Assembly: GCA_963795085.1 (NCBI GenBank)
Contig: CAWCFX010000001.1
Location: 1,280,001-1,344,000, forward strand
DNA: 64,000 bases
DNA from: an uncultured Gemmatimonadales bacterium
Lineage (GTDB): Bacteria; Gemmatimonadota; Gemmatimonadetes; Gemmatimonadales; GWC2-71-9
Direction: 5' to 3'
Both the position numbers and the translations under genes were made by a program. The notes beneath the pieces were generated by a model. It saw only the letters and a program-made list of their open reading frames with translations. It ran no database searches and was not told the origin of the DNA. This document shows positions 24,001 through 34,381 of the stretch, piece by piece (position 1 is the stretch's first letter; each line of letters opens with the position of its first letter).

Positions 24001-24019
24001 CCTGAGCCTCCGGTTCTAA
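21017..24019 (+). CDS. susC: SusC/RagA-family TonB-dependent outer membrane transporter
   Basis: Signal peptide, carboxypeptidase-regulatory-like N-domain, VVIGYG, DPLFVVDG, IESITVLRDASAAAIYG...GVILITTKKG, RRDGSSRFG, IKWE, and terminal YPRSRTFTGGLSLRF. Alternative starts at 21002 and 21011. Confidence 0.95.
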   Translation: MRRLRYTLGLLLAVFWTMPLLAQEGTGTVTGRVLDQASQRPLQGASVMVGGRTAQTQADGRYLITGVPAGRDTLRARMIGYSPMSRAVTVVAGQTLDADFGLTAQAVNLAEMVVIGYGEQAAGNITGAVTSVSSDEFNTGRVVTPTELIQNKVAGVQVVENNEPGGGTSIRIRGATSINAASDPLFVVDGLPLGTGSGSGISGGRDPLNFLNSEDIESITVLRDASAAAIYGANAANGVILITTKKGAAGGGTKFEYSGSVSASRVTKLPSMLNADQFRAAVTQYAPQNVSQLLNENTDWFGLIDRTAVGQEHTLAMSGSGTNTDYRFSANYLNQNGILQGTNTERIGLGANYNQRLLDDRLTLGFNLRGSRANDQFTPGGVLSNAAQMGPTQPVYDSTTVSGYYDWPGGLTSPDNPIALLDLAIDRSTTYRSIGNAQAGYSLPFLNGLKANLNLGYDVTRADRETFNPSVLHRQTVSDSGTQTRSNPLQVNTVLEAFLNYVPPRNLGPGILDVTGGYSFSKSHAEYPYFQARGLATDALGPGGIPSAAIIQNTLDVQESRLISFFGRLNYNINDRYLAAFSLRRDGSSRFGDGNNWGTFPSVALAWRLSEEGFLRGMSSLSDLKLRASWARTGNQAFANYQQFATYRVGDAQSQYAFGDTLVTTIRPGAVDPNIKWEATRSVDVGLDFGFNNQRISGSIDYYEKKTTDLIFTVPIAAGTNLSNFLTTNIGSMQNKGVEFSLGARLLDGGSTGLTWQADFTAAHNSNQLLTINPQAGAGAKILTGGIAGGVGTNIQVLTPGQPINSFFVYEHKLDSSGKPIYADENGDNTINEQDLYVDQNGDNIINQDDLRAFHDPAPKWIVGHSSYMAYGKFDFGFTLRAYLGNYVYNNVASNLGTYAEVGRGSPYNLHTSVLETNFATPQYQSDYYVEKASFLRMDNLTVGYSFSLQGQAARVYGTVQNAFTLTGYSGVDPTAGLNGIDNNIYPRSRTFTGGLSLRF

Positions 24020-24060
24020 TGCGAAACGCTGAATTCGAACACCCCAACGGGGATACCACT

Positions 24061-25635
24061 ATGAAACGCACTATCCGCAAGGCACTCGCCGCCGTCGTAC
24101 TGGCCGCCGGGCTGTTCGTGGCCGGCTGCACGGACACCACGGTAGAGCCGAAGAGCACCATCACCGACGCCAATATCTTCAGTGATCCGGCGTCCTACCG
24201 GGCTTTCCTCGCCAAGATCTACGCGGGCCTGGCCGTCAGCGGCCAGCAGGGGCCCGCCGGGCAGCCGGACATCTCCGGCATTGACGAAGGCTTCTCCCAG
24301 TACCTCCGTCTCTATTGGGAAGCCCAGGAACTGCCGACTGACGAAGCCGTCATCGGCTGGGGCGACGTCGGGCTGCCCGAGATGAACACCCAGCTCTGGG
24401 CCTCGTCCAACTCCTTCGTCGTCGCCATGTACTACCGGGTCTACTTCCAGATCGGCATGGCCAACGAGTTCCTGCGCCAGACCACCGACGCCAAGCTCTC
24501 GGAGCGCGGCGCCAGCAACCAGCTCAAGGCCCAGGTGCAGGAATACCGGGCCGAGGCGCGCTTCCTTCGCGCGCTGAGCTACTGGCACGGGATCGACTTC
24601 TTCGGGGACATCCCCCTCCTGACCGAGAACGATCCGATCGGCAACACGGCTCCGCAGCAGAGCAGCCGGCAGGCGATCTATGATTACCTCGTCAGCGAGT
24701 TGACCGCGATCCAGGGCCAACTCCCGGTGGCCGGCGTCGCCGGGTTCGGGCGGGCGACCAACATCGCGGCCTCGATGCTCCTGGCCAAGGTGTACCTGAA
24801 CGCCGAGGTGTATGCCGGCTCACCGCACTATGCCGAAGCCCTGGCGGCCGCCTCGGCGGTCATCGCGGGACCGTACACCCTCGACGATAATTACCAGGAC
24901 ATGTTCCTGGCCGACAACAACACCTCCCCCGAGATCATTTTCCCGGTCATCCAAAACGGGCTCTATACCCAGACCTGGGGCGGCGTGACCTTCCTGGTGC
25001 ATGCCAGCTGTGGCGGCTCGATGAACAGCGGCGACTACGGCCACAACGGCTGCTGGTGGGGGCTTCGTCTCAAGCAGGAGGCGTACAACTTCTACGGCGC
25101 CGGCGACACCCGGGACGATTACTTCTACACCAGTGGGCAGAACGTCGCCGTGGCAAGCATCGGCAATTTCAACGATGGTATCGCCGCGCCGAAGTTCCAG
25201 AACGTGACCTCCACGGGCGGCTCCGGGTCCAACGGCACCCATGTGGACACCGACTTCCCGATGTTCCGGCTGGCCGATGCCTACCTGATCTACGCCGAGG
25301 CGCACCTGCGCGGCGGTGGGGGCAGCGCGGGGACGGCGCTGGGGTACGTCAATGCGCTCCGGCAGCGGGCCTATGGCGACAACAGCGGCGACATTACCGC
25401 GCCTGAACTCACTCTCCAGTTCATTCTCGACGAGCGGGGCCGGGAACTGCTGTGGGAAGGCCACCGGCGGACCGACCTGATCCGGTACGGGCTCTTCACC
25501 GGACCCGGCTATCTCTGGGCCTGGAAGGGCAACTCGGCGACGGGAGTCGCGACCGAGACCTTCCGTGACCTGTTCCCGATCCCCGCGTCGGAACTGGTGG
25601 CCAATCCGAACCTGACGCAGAACCCGGGCTACTAA
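24061..25635 (+). CDS. susD: SusD/RagB glycan-binding lipoprotein
   Basis: Lipobox VAGC, ELPTDEA, EARFLRALSY, DTDFPMFRLADAYLIYAEA, LDERGRELLWEGHRRTDLIR, NPNLTQNPGY. Confidence 0.95.
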   Translation: MKRTIRKALAAVVLAAGLFVAGCTDTTVEPKSTITDANIFSDPASYRAFLAKIYAGLAVSGQQGPAGQPDISGIDEGFSQYLRLYWEAQELPTDEAVIGWGDVGLPEMNTQLWASSNSFVVAMYYRVYFQIGMANEFLRQTTDAKLSERGASNQLKAQVQEYRAEARFLRALSYWHGIDFFGDIPLLTENDPIGNTAPQQSSRQAIYDYLVSELTAIQGQLPVAGVAGFGRATNIAASMLLAKVYLNAEVYAGSPHYAEALAAASAVIAGPYTLDDNYQDMFLADNNTSPEIIFPVIQNGLYTQTWGGVTFLVHASCGGSMNSGDYGHNGCWWGLRLKQEAYNFYGAGDTRDDYFYTSGQNVAVASIGNFNDGIAAPKFQNVTSTGGSGSNGTHVDTDFPMFRLADAYLIYAEAHLRGGGGSAGTALGYVNALRQRAYGDNSGDITAPELTLQFILDERGRELLWEGHRRTDLIRYGLFTGPGYLWAWKGNSATGVATETFRDLFPIPASELVANPNLTQNPGY

Positions 25636-25664
25636 GCCGGGAGTACCACGGGATTATCCACCCT

Positions 25665-25705
25665 CAGCTCCGTCGCCGATCCGGCGGCGGAGCTGCGGTT
25701 TTTTG
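25665..25705 (+). terminator. Rho-independent terminator after susD
   Basis: 14-bp stem CAGCTCCGTCGCCG / CGGCGGCGGAGCTG (one G-U pair), 3-nt loop, followed by CGG and a T6 tract. Confidence 0.7.
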
Positions 25706-25719
25706 CGGAGTCGAATCGC

Positions 25720-27303
25720 ATGCCGCTGCAACCCTTCCGCGTCTCATTCTGCGTGCTGGCCCTGGCGCTCACCGCCTGCGGTGAAAGCGCCGGACCACCA
25801 ACCGGGGGCGGCGGGCCCCCCGGCGGCCGTCCCTCCCTCCCCGCTACGTACCGGCCCAGCGGCCACATGGCCGCGGGCGATGTCGCCGTGCATCTCTTCG
25901 AGTGGAAGTGGACCGATATCGCCACCGAGTGCGAACAGGTCCTGGGCCCGGCCGGGTTCAAGGCGGTGCAGGTTTCCCCGCCCCAGGAGCACAGCCTGAC
26001 TCCCAGCCGGGACTGGAGCCAGCGCTATCAGCCGGTGAGCTACAGCCTGGCCCAGAGCCGGTCCGGAACCGAGGCCGAGTTCGTGGCCATGGTCCAGCGC
26101 TGCAAGGCCGCGGGCGTCGGGATCGTCGTGGACGCGGTCATCAACCACATGACCAACTTCCCGAGCCCCGGGGTGGGCAGCGCGGGGACCGCCTACACCA
26201 AGTACGAGTACCCGGGGCTCTACACGGCGGCGGACTTTCATACCCCCTGCGCGCTCAACAACTACCAGAGCGCCGCCAACGTCCAGGAGTGCGAGCTCTT
26301 CTCGCTGCCCGACCTCAAGACCGGCTCGACGTCGGTGCGGGAGACTATCGCGGACTACCTGGTCCGGCTGGTCGAGATCGGAGTCGAGGGGTTCCGGATT
26401 GACGCGGCAAAGCACATCCAGCAGGTAGAGCTGGACGACATCCTGGACCTGGTGGACAATACGGTGACGGGGCTGGGGCTGCCCCTGCCGTACTGGTACC
26501 TCGAGGTGGTGGGCGGCTCCGGCGAGGCCATCACGGCACGGGACTACTTCGGGGCGGCCTATAGTTCCGGCGGCGCGGCCGACATCACCGAGTTCACCTT
26601 CACCGGCGTGGCCGACAAGTTCCGGCGCGTCGGGGGCCAGTATATCGCCCAGCTCAACCCCAACGGGCCGCCGGGGAGCCAGTTCTCTCCCACCGCCTGG
26701 GGCATGATGGCCTCGGACAAGGCCGTCGTCTTCCTGCAGAACCACGATACCCAGCATACCTGCGGCATCGGCTACCTGGATGGCGACGTGTTCCGGATCG
26801 CCAACGTCTGGATGCTGGCCCAGCCCTACGGGTACCCGTCCATCCTGTCCAGCTACGCCTTCAGTTGCCCCAACGGAAACTCGGCAGGGCCCCCTTCCGA
26901 TCCCGGCGGCAACACCAACGACGTGACCTGCGCCGCCGTCATGGAGTCCGCCGTCATCGGAGAGTGGGTCTGCGAGCACCGCGACCGGTCCATCCTCGAC
27001 ATGGTGGAGTTCCGCCGCACCGTCGCCGGCACGAACATCGTGAACTGGTGGGACAACGGGGCCCACGCCATCGCGTTCGCGCGCGGCACGCTGGGCTTCG
27101 TGGCCATCAATGGCGAGAGCACCAGCCTGGTGGCTACCCTGGCTACCGGCCTCGCCCCGGGCAGCTACTGCGACCGGCTGACCGGCGGACGGGTGGCCGG
27201 GGCCTGCGCGGGGGTCACCGTCGTGGTGGACCCGGCCGGGGACGCGCAGGTGGACCTGGCGCCGGTGTCGGCGGTGGCGTTCGACGTTACCACCCGGTTG
27301 TAG
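25720..27303 (+). CDS. Alpha-amylase lipoprotein (GH13, actinobacterial/animal-like type)
   Basis: Lipobox LTAC, VHLFEWKW, VQVSPPQEH, RYQPVSY, DAVINHM, GFRIDAAKH, QNHD, WVCEHR, IAFARG. Confidence 0.9.
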   Translation: MPLQPFRVSFCVLALALTACGESAGPPTGGGGPPGGRPSLPATYRPSGHMAAGDVAVHLFEWKWTDIATECEQVLGPAGFKAVQVSPPQEHSLTPSRDWSQRYQPVSYSLAQSRSGTEAEFVAMVQRCKAAGVGIVVDAVINHMTNFPSPGVGSAGTAYTKYEYPGLYTAADFHTPCALNNYQSAANVQECELFSLPDLKTGSTSVRETIADYLVRLVEIGVEGFRIDAAKHIQQVELDDILDLVDNTVTGLGLPLPYWYLEVVGGSGEAITARDYFGAAYSSGGAADITEFTFTGVADKFRRVGGQYIAQLNPNGPPGSQFSPTAWGMMASDKAVVFLQNHDTQHTCGIGYLDGDVFRIANVWMLAQPYGYPSILSSYAFSCPNGNSAGPPSDPGGNTNDVTCAAVMESAVIGEWVCEHRDRSILDMVEFRRTVAGTNIVNWWDNGAHAIAFARGTLGFVAINGESTSLVATLATGLAPGSYCDRLTGGRVAGACAGVTVVVDPAGDAQVDLAPVSAVAFDVTTRL

Positions 27304-27313
27304 GCTGGTCTGT

Positions 27314-27696
27314 CTCACCACGGAGTCACGGAGGTCTCGGAGGCTGCACGGAGCAAACGCCAGGTTGCTCCATCGCCTCTACACCCGAGCGACGTCCTGG
27401 TGGACTGTATCCAGAGTACCGACCGGGCGGCAAAAACCGATTTACCACGGAGTCACGAAGTTCACGAAGGCAGCACGAAGAAGCTTCATGCTGCCCCCAG
27501 GGTAATTGGGATGGCGGTTCTTGGCCTACGGTTGGTCCTCCGTGCTACCTCAGTGTGCTTCGTGGCTCCGTGGTGAGCTGTTCGTCAGCGGCTGTCGAAA
27601 CATGTAAGACAGTCCACTTGTGATTCATGAAAGTGATCCCCGGCCTGGCGGCCCTGCTCCGAGTGAACTCAGTGCTCTCCGTGACTCCGTGGTGAG
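27314..27696. repeat. Nested REP-like inverted repeats (A-B...B'-A')
   Basis: CTCACCACGGAGTCACGGAG (27314-27333) is perfectly inverted at 27677-27696. An inner imperfect pair lies at 27444-27480 and 27538-27574. All four arms share CACGGAG/CACGAAG units. Confidence 0.85.
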
Positions 27697-27726
27697 GCTC
27701 TGAGCCACCCTAACGAGGTGTCCCGA

Positions 27727-29097
27727 ATGTTCGCGCGCCGAATCGCTCTTCTCATCCCTCTGCTTCCCCTGCTCGCCTGCGGCACCCCCGAACCGGCGAA
27801 GCAGCCGGCGGCCACGACGGCTTCCAGCGACTCCGCCTGGGTTTCCCAAAGCGCCCTCTATGAAGTGTTCGTCCGGGATTTCTCACCGACCGGCGATTTC
27901 AAGGGTGTCATGGCCGGGCTGGACCGGATCGCCGCCACCGGGGCCAACGTGATCTGGCTGATGCCGATCCACCCCGTGGGCGTACTGAACCGAAAGGGCA
28001 CGCTTGGATCATCCTACGCGGTCCGGGACTACCTGGCGGTCAACCCCGAGTACGGGACAAAGGAAGATTTTCGAGCCCTGGTGGACTCCGTGCACCGGCG
28101 GGGGATGAAACTGATCATCGACTGGGTGCCTAACCATACGTCCCCCGACAACGTCTGGGTCGGCGAACATCCCGATTTCTACGTCCGGGACGCCCAGGGT
28201 CAGCTGATCACCCCGATCGACGGCGACGGCAAGCCCACCGACTGGACCGACGTCGCCGAGCTGGACTACGGCAAGCCGGCGCTGCGGCAGGCCATGACCG
28301 CGGCGATGACCCACTGGCTGGTGGAATACGGACTCGACGGGTTCCGGGTGGACGTCGCGGGCTTCGTGCCCTACGACTACTGGCGGGAGGCCGTCCCCGC
28401 GCTCCGGGCCTCGGTGCCCCGTCCCATCCTCCTGCTGGCCGAGTGGGGTGATCTCGAAATGCACCGCCTGGGGTATGACCTGACCTACGGGTGGGACGGG
28501 TACGCCCGGCTCAAGGCCGTCTGGAAAGGCGCCCCCGCCTCGACCTTCGTGCAGGGCGAGTTGCCGCAGATGGATTCAATGCCGGCCGGCGGCGCCCGGC
28601 TTCGTTTCAGCACCAACCACGATGAGACCGCGTGGGACCTGCCCGCCATTGCGCTATTTCAGGGCCCGGCTGGCGCGCGTGCGGCGTTTGTCGCCATCAC
28701 CCTGCTGCCCGGCCGTCCCCTCCTGTACAATGGCCAGGAGGTAGAAAGCCCCCAGAAACTTCCGCTCTTCGAGCGGGACCCGATCACCTGGGACCGTGCC
28801 GGGGCCGATAGCGCCCGCGCTTTCTACCGCCGGGTCATCGAACTCTCCCGGACCGAGCCCGACCTGCGCTCCGGAAGCCTGCACGAGGTTGAGACCAGCG
28901 CCCCAGCCGACATCATCGCGTACCGGCGGGGAGCTCTCACGGTCCTGGTAAACCCGCGGGCGGCCGAGCGACGGTTTACTCTGGTCAATGCCGACCCGGC
29001 CGGTTCGACTGACCTGCTCAGCGGCCGCGCGCATGGGGCGCCGGACGTGACGCTTCCAGCCTATGGCGCGGTCGTGCTCAAGCCCGCGGCGCGATGA
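27727..29097 (+). CDS. GH13 alpha-amylase-family lipoprotein (GH13_36-like)
   Basis: Lipobox LLAC, LYEVFVRDF, WLMPIHP, DWVPNHT, DGFRVDVAG, LAE, TNHDE, LYNGQE. Confidence 0.88.
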   Translation: MFARRIALLIPLLPLLACGTPEPAKQPAATTASSDSAWVSQSALYEVFVRDFSPTGDFKGVMAGLDRIAATGANVIWLMPIHPVGVLNRKGTLGSSYAVRDYLAVNPEYGTKEDFRALVDSVHRRGMKLIIDWVPNHTSPDNVWVGEHPDFYVRDAQGQLITPIDGDGKPTDWTDVAELDYGKPALRQAMTAAMTHWLVEYGLDGFRVDVAGFVPYDYWREAVPALRASVPRPILLLAEWGDLEMHRLGYDLTYGWDGYARLKAVWKGAPASTFVQGELPQMDSMPAGGARLRFSTNHDETAWDLPAIALFQGPAGARAAFVAITLLPGRPLLYNGQEVESPQKLPLFERDPITWDRAGADSARAFYRRVIELSRTEPDLRSGSLHEVETSAPADIIAYRRGALTVLVNPRAAERRFTLVNADPAGSTDLLSGRAHGAPDVTLPAYGAVVLKPAAR

Positions 29098-31639
29098 AGC
29101 GACGGACTTTCCTGGAAGGGGTGACCGCCGCCGGGATGGTGGCCTCTCTGGGCAGCGCATGCCGGGACCAGCCAGGCAGCGAGTCAGTGCGGCAGTCTCT
29201 TCGTCTCGATAGCGACTGGAAATTTCTCCGCCGGGACGTGGACGGTGGCGCGGCACCCGGGCTGGACGACTCCGCATGGCAGTCCGCCACCCTCCCCCAC
29301 ACCGCCCGGGTCGAGTCCCTGGTCACTGGACCGGTGGGATCGCCCACCGGGCAGTGGCAGGGCATCTGCTGGTACCGCCGCCGGCTGGTGGTCGATCCCT
29401 CGCCCGACGCCCGCTTCTTTCTTCGCTTCGAAGGCGCCATGAACGTCGCCGAGGTCTGGCTCGACGGCACCCGGATCGGGGAGCACCAGGGCGGCTATCT
29501 CCCGTTCGTCCTCGACATAACCGACCGGGTGCGGGAAGGACGTGACCACCTGCTGGCCGTGCGGCTCGACAACCGGGACAATCCGGTGACCGGCCCCAAG
29601 CCGCTCGAGCAGCTGGACTTCAACATGTACCACGGGCTCTACCGGCCGGTGTACCTGGTACGGAAGGACCGGCTGCACCTGACCGACCCGGTCCAGGCCA
29701 ACGTCCCGGCTGGGGGAGGAATCTTCGTCACCTATCCACGGGTGAGCGCCGCCGCTGCCACTGTCCGGGTGCGGGCTCACGTCCGGAACGATCACGCCGA
29801 GGCGCGCGAGTGCCGGGTGCGCGCCGTATTGCGGGGCCCGGACGGCGGGGTCGCGGCCGAGTCGGTGTCAGCCGGGCGGTCGATTGGGCCGGGGACCGCC
29901 GCAGAATTCGGGCAGGAACTCGAGGTTTCCTCGCCGCGGCTCTGGAGTCCCTCCCATCCCGCGCTCTATACCCTCTCGGCCGAGGTCATCAGCGGGGGGA
30001 AGGTGGTGGACGCCGAGTCACTCCGGGTGGGGATCCGGCAGATCAGCATTGCGAAGGACGGGGTCCGGATCAATGGCGAGCGGATGTTCCTGCGCGGGGC
30101 CAACCGGCACCAGGAGTACCCCTACATCGGGTACGCCCTCTCGGATGCGGCCCAGTACCGCGATGCGAGGAAAATCAAGGAAGCGGGATTCGACTACGTC
30201 CGCCTGTCGCACTATCCCCATGCGCCGGCCTTCATGGACGCCTGTGACGAGCTCGGTCTGGTCGTCATGGACTGCATTCCCGGCTGGCAATACTTTAATC
30301 CGGATCCGGCCTTCGCTGCATTGCAATACCAGAACTGCCGCGACCTGGTGCGGCGGGACCGGAACCATCCCTGCGTCATACTCTGGGAGGTCTCCCTCAA
30401 CGAGTCGGGGATGACGCCGGAGTTCGTGGCCCGCACCCACGCGATCGCCCACGAGGAGTATCCCGGGGACCAGTGCTACACCGCCGGCTGGATGGCGGGC
30501 TACGACGTGATCCTCGAGGCGCGGCAGCACGCCGGGTGCCGGAACGACGGGCCGACGCCCTGCCTGGTGAGCGAGTACGGCGACTGGGAGTACTACGCGA
30601 TGAACGCCGGGCTGGACCAGGGCGCCTGGGCCGACCTCGTCCCCGGCGGAGAGCAACAGCCGCCAGCTCCGGTGGCAGGGCGAGCGGGCCCAGCTGCAGC
30701 AGGCCACCAACTTCCAGGAGGCCCACAACGACAACCTGGCCACCCCGGCTATCGGCGACGGGCTCTGGGTGATGTTCGATTACAACCGGGGCTACGCGCC
30801 CGACATCGAGTCCTCCGGCTGCATGGACATCTTCCGGCTCCCCAAGTACTCCCGGTACTTCTTCCGGAGCCAGCGCGGGCCGGGTGAACTGGTGGCCGGC
30901 GTAGCGGCCGGGCCGATGGTCTTCATCGCCAGCGAGTGGGCCGCCGGCTCAAGCGCAGAGGTACGGGTGTTCAGCAACTGCGAGGAGGTGGCGCTGCAGC
31001 CTCGATGGCCGGGTGCTCGAGCGGCGCCGGCCCGACCAGGACCGGATCAGCAGCCGGCTGGCCCACCCACCCTTCAGCTTCGCCACCGGCGGGTTCACGC
31101 CGGGAACGCTCGAGGCGATTGGGTACATAGGCGGGCGCGAATCCGCCCGGCATTCGCTCAGGACACCGGGTGCTCCCAACCGCCTCCTGCTGTCCATCGA
31201 CCAGTCGGGGCGGCCCCGGGACCGGTCCAGGAAGGACCAGGTGTTCTGCCATGCCTCGATAGTTGACGCGAATGGGACCGTCATCGCCCCTGCCTGGGAG
31301 CACGTCGCCTTCGGCCTCGCCGGCGGTGGCGCGCTGGTCGGGGATAACCCCGCCACCACCGATGCCGGGATCGCCACGATCCTTGTCGAGTGCCTGCCCG
31401 GCGCGGCTCCCTCCTCGGTTTATGCCCTGGCCCTGTTGCCGGAGGGCGGTCCGGTCCGGGTACTCAGCGGGTCGGTGGGGATCGATCACGCGCCGGAACC
31501 TCACTCGGTGAGTCTCACCGGCGAACGGGCCGAACTTTCGGCGGCCGGCCGGGTCGTGGCCAGCCTGAGCTCCGGAGCGCCCAGGTTCCGGATCCCGGTT
31601 TCAACGCCGCCCGGCCGCCGGGGCGTGTTCCATCGATGA
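29094..31639 (+). CDS. GH2 beta-galactosidase-like enzyme with Tat signal, split by two +1 frameshifts (~30641-30644 and ~31000); 847 aa when corrected
   Basis: RRTFL Tat motif; FEGAM, GGYLPF, GLYRPV, GANRHQEYP, RLSHYP, DRNHP, LNES, SEYG. Continues in shifted frames as GDGLWVMFDYNRGY...DIFRLPK...VFSNCEEV and then LDGRVLE...LAHPPF...GTLEAIGY. Confidence 0.85.
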
Positions 31640-31687
31640 CCCGAACCGCCCTGCGCCGCGGGCGGATACGTTGACCCCGGAGGGACC

Positions 31688-34338
31688 GTGCCCGCCCTGA
31701 CAACCATTGTTCCTTCGCTGGCTCTGCTCCTCGTGTTCTTCTCCATGGGCACCCGCGACGCGGTGGCCCAGCGGGAGGACGCCCCCCGGCCGGCCACCCG
31801 GGCGATCGACCTGGACCGGCAGGGTGTGATGCGCTGGCGTGATGACCGGACCGAGGTTGCCCTGTTCGGCGCCAACTACGTGGTGACGACCGCTTCCGAC
31901 TACCGGGCCGCCGGCGCCGTCGGGGCCGACCGGAAGAAAATGATCGACGAGGACATGGCCCACTTCGCCCGTATGGGCTGGGACGGGATCCGGCTCACCT
32001 TCTGGGGAGACTGGGAGTCGGCCGACACCCTGGGCAACCTGATCGAGAACGATCACCTCGACCTGCTCGACTACCTGACGGCCAAGGCGCGGGAGCGGGG
32101 GATCTACATGCTCTTCAGCCCGATCCAGCTCTACAACGCCAAATGGCCCGACGCGCTGAGCGACACGACCTCGCCCGGCTTCGGCCGGCGCTACAGCCGC
32201 GAGACGATGGGGACCGACCCCGCCGCCATCGCCGCGCAGGAGAACTACCTCCGGCAGATCCTCCACCACGTGAATCCCTATACCGGCGTCGCCTATAAGG
32301 ACGAGCCCGGGATCGCCTTCATCGAGCTGGTCAACGAGCCGGTGCACCACCCGGAGGACCTCGAGGGGTCGGTGCGCTACATCAACCGGCTGATCGACGC
32401 GGTGCGGAGCACCGGGACCCGGAAGCCGATCTTCTACAACGTGAGCCAGGATTTCCGGATCAGCGAGGCGATCGCCCGGTCGAAGCTCGATGGCATCGCG
32501 TTCGGCTGGTACCCGACCGGGCTCAACTCCGGGGCGGAACTCCGGGGCAACTACCTTCGGGGGACGGACGACTTCCCGGACATGCGGCGGCCGGAACTGG
32601 CCCGGTTCCCCCGGATCGTGTACGAGTTCGATGCCCCGGACCTCACCGAAGCGACCATGTATCCCGCGATGGCCCGGACTTTCCGGGTGGTAGGGACCCA
32701 GTTCGCCGCCATGTTCGCCTACGACATGCTGCGAACCGCTTCCCGCAACCTCGGCTGGCAGACCCACTACCTGAACCTGGTCTATACGCCTCGCAAGGCG
32801 ATGAGCACCATCATCGCCGCCGAGGCGATGCGCCGGTTGCCGCGGGGCCGGTCGTGGGGCACCTATCCCGGTAATCTCCGGTTCGGCGACTTCCGGATTT
32901 CCCCCGACAGCAACCTCTCCGAGCTGGTGGCGGCCGACGCGTTTCTGCATGCCGGCTCGACCGGCTCGGTGCCGCCCGACCCCGGCCCGTCTCAGCCGGG
33001 TCGCGGGATACGGCTCGTCGCCGGTGGTCCGGTATGAGGGGGAGGGAACCTGGTTCCTGGACCGGATCCGGGAGGGCCTCTGGCGGCTCGAGGTCTATCC
33101 GGACGCGGTGCCGGTGCGCGACCCGTTCGAGTTGCAGAGCGCCGACAAGATCGTCACCCGGGCTATCTACCGTTCCTGGCCCATGACCGTGACGCTGCCG
33201 GGGCTGGGTGGAACCTTCCAGGTGCAGCCGCTGGCGGCTGGAAACCCGTCATCCACCCGTGCGGCTGCCGGCACCTTCATGGTGCGGCCGGGGGTGTACC
33301 TGCTCAGCGCCACCGGTCCCGTCGATGCCGCCAGCCTGCCGAAATTCGTGGCCGGGGTCGGCCTCGCCGAGTTTCATCATCCGGGCGCCGACTCAATGGC
33401 GCCGGTTGTCACTGCACTGGGGGGGCCGGAACATGAGGCGGGGCGGGATCTCTCGCTCTCCGCCCGGGTGGTGGGGGAGTCGCCGCCCGATTCCGTCACC
33501 CTGTTCATCCGGCGTACGGCCGGGGACTGGTACCGCGGACACCGCATGGCTCCTTCCGCGGCCTACCAGTGGACTGCGACCGTGCCCGGCGATCAACTCA
33601 CAGATGGCTGGTACGAGTATGTCATCACGACGTATCATCGCGGGTCGGCCGTTACGTACCCTGAGGCGCTCCCGCTGCAGCCCTGGGACTGGAACTACTA
33701 CGGCCGGGAATCCTGGCCGCTCAGCGTGGCCACGGCGGGCACTCCGATCCAGGTCTTCAGCCCGTCGCGTGACGCCAGCCGCCTCGCGTTCACCCGGATC
33801 GGCGATGCCGGCCGCCGCGGTCTCTTTCGGATCGGGCTGTCGGCGGCGACCGGCCGGCCGGTATTTCGTCTTGAACTGCCGGTGGGCCGCGACAGCGTGC
33901 CGGTCCCGGACTACACCGCCTCCCTGGTCATTCTCGACCGGGTGAGGAGCCGCGGGGCCACGGTCCGGACCTTCGACGCCCTCCGGGTCCGCGCGAGGGC
34001 CATCGGTGCAGGCCAGCGACTGCATCTCACCCTCATGGAAGACGACGGCACCAGCTGGACGACCGCGGTCACGCTGGATTCCACCTGGACCGAACACACC
34101 ATTCCGCTGACCCGTTTTTCGGTCGGGCGCGGCGTACTGCTGCCCCAGGGATTTCCGGGGGAATGGAACTACTGGGTCGGGACCGGCGGACGGGCGGGGC
34201 GGGGCGGGGGACCGTCTCCGGCTGGACCAACTGGAACGCCTGCAGCTCTCCCTGCGGGAAGCCGGCGGGAGGAAGGTCGAGCCAGGAAGCTACGGGGTGG
34301 AAATCGAGAGCGTCCTGCTGGTCACGGGCGAGGAGTGA
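31688..34338 (+). CDS. Secreted clan GH-A glycoside hydrolase (GH147 beta-galactosidase-like / GH5-like), split by two +1 frameshifts (~32980-32983 and ~34179-34181); 882 aa when corrected
   Basis: Signal peptide; GVMRW...FGANY, GNLIENDHLDLLDYL, HVNPYTG, ELVNEP (acid/base), VYEFD (nucleophile), FAYD. Continues as VAGYGSSPVVRYEGEGTWFLD...WRLEVYPDAV and ends ...LERLQLSL...YGVEIESVLL. The family call is from recall. Confidence 0.65.
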
Positions 34339-34381
34339 TCAGTCCGTGCGGCCGCCCAACTTGGAAGGGCGTGATATCGGC

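Noticed and set aside
27314..27696. CRISPR array interpretation of the repeats
   Set aside because: Arms are inverted and degenerate, spacing is irregular, and no cas genes are present.
30641..34181. Programmed frameshifting or phase variation
   Set aside because: Runs are only 2-4 nt with no canonical slippery sites. Same-sign indels clustered in one stretch fit sequencing error better.
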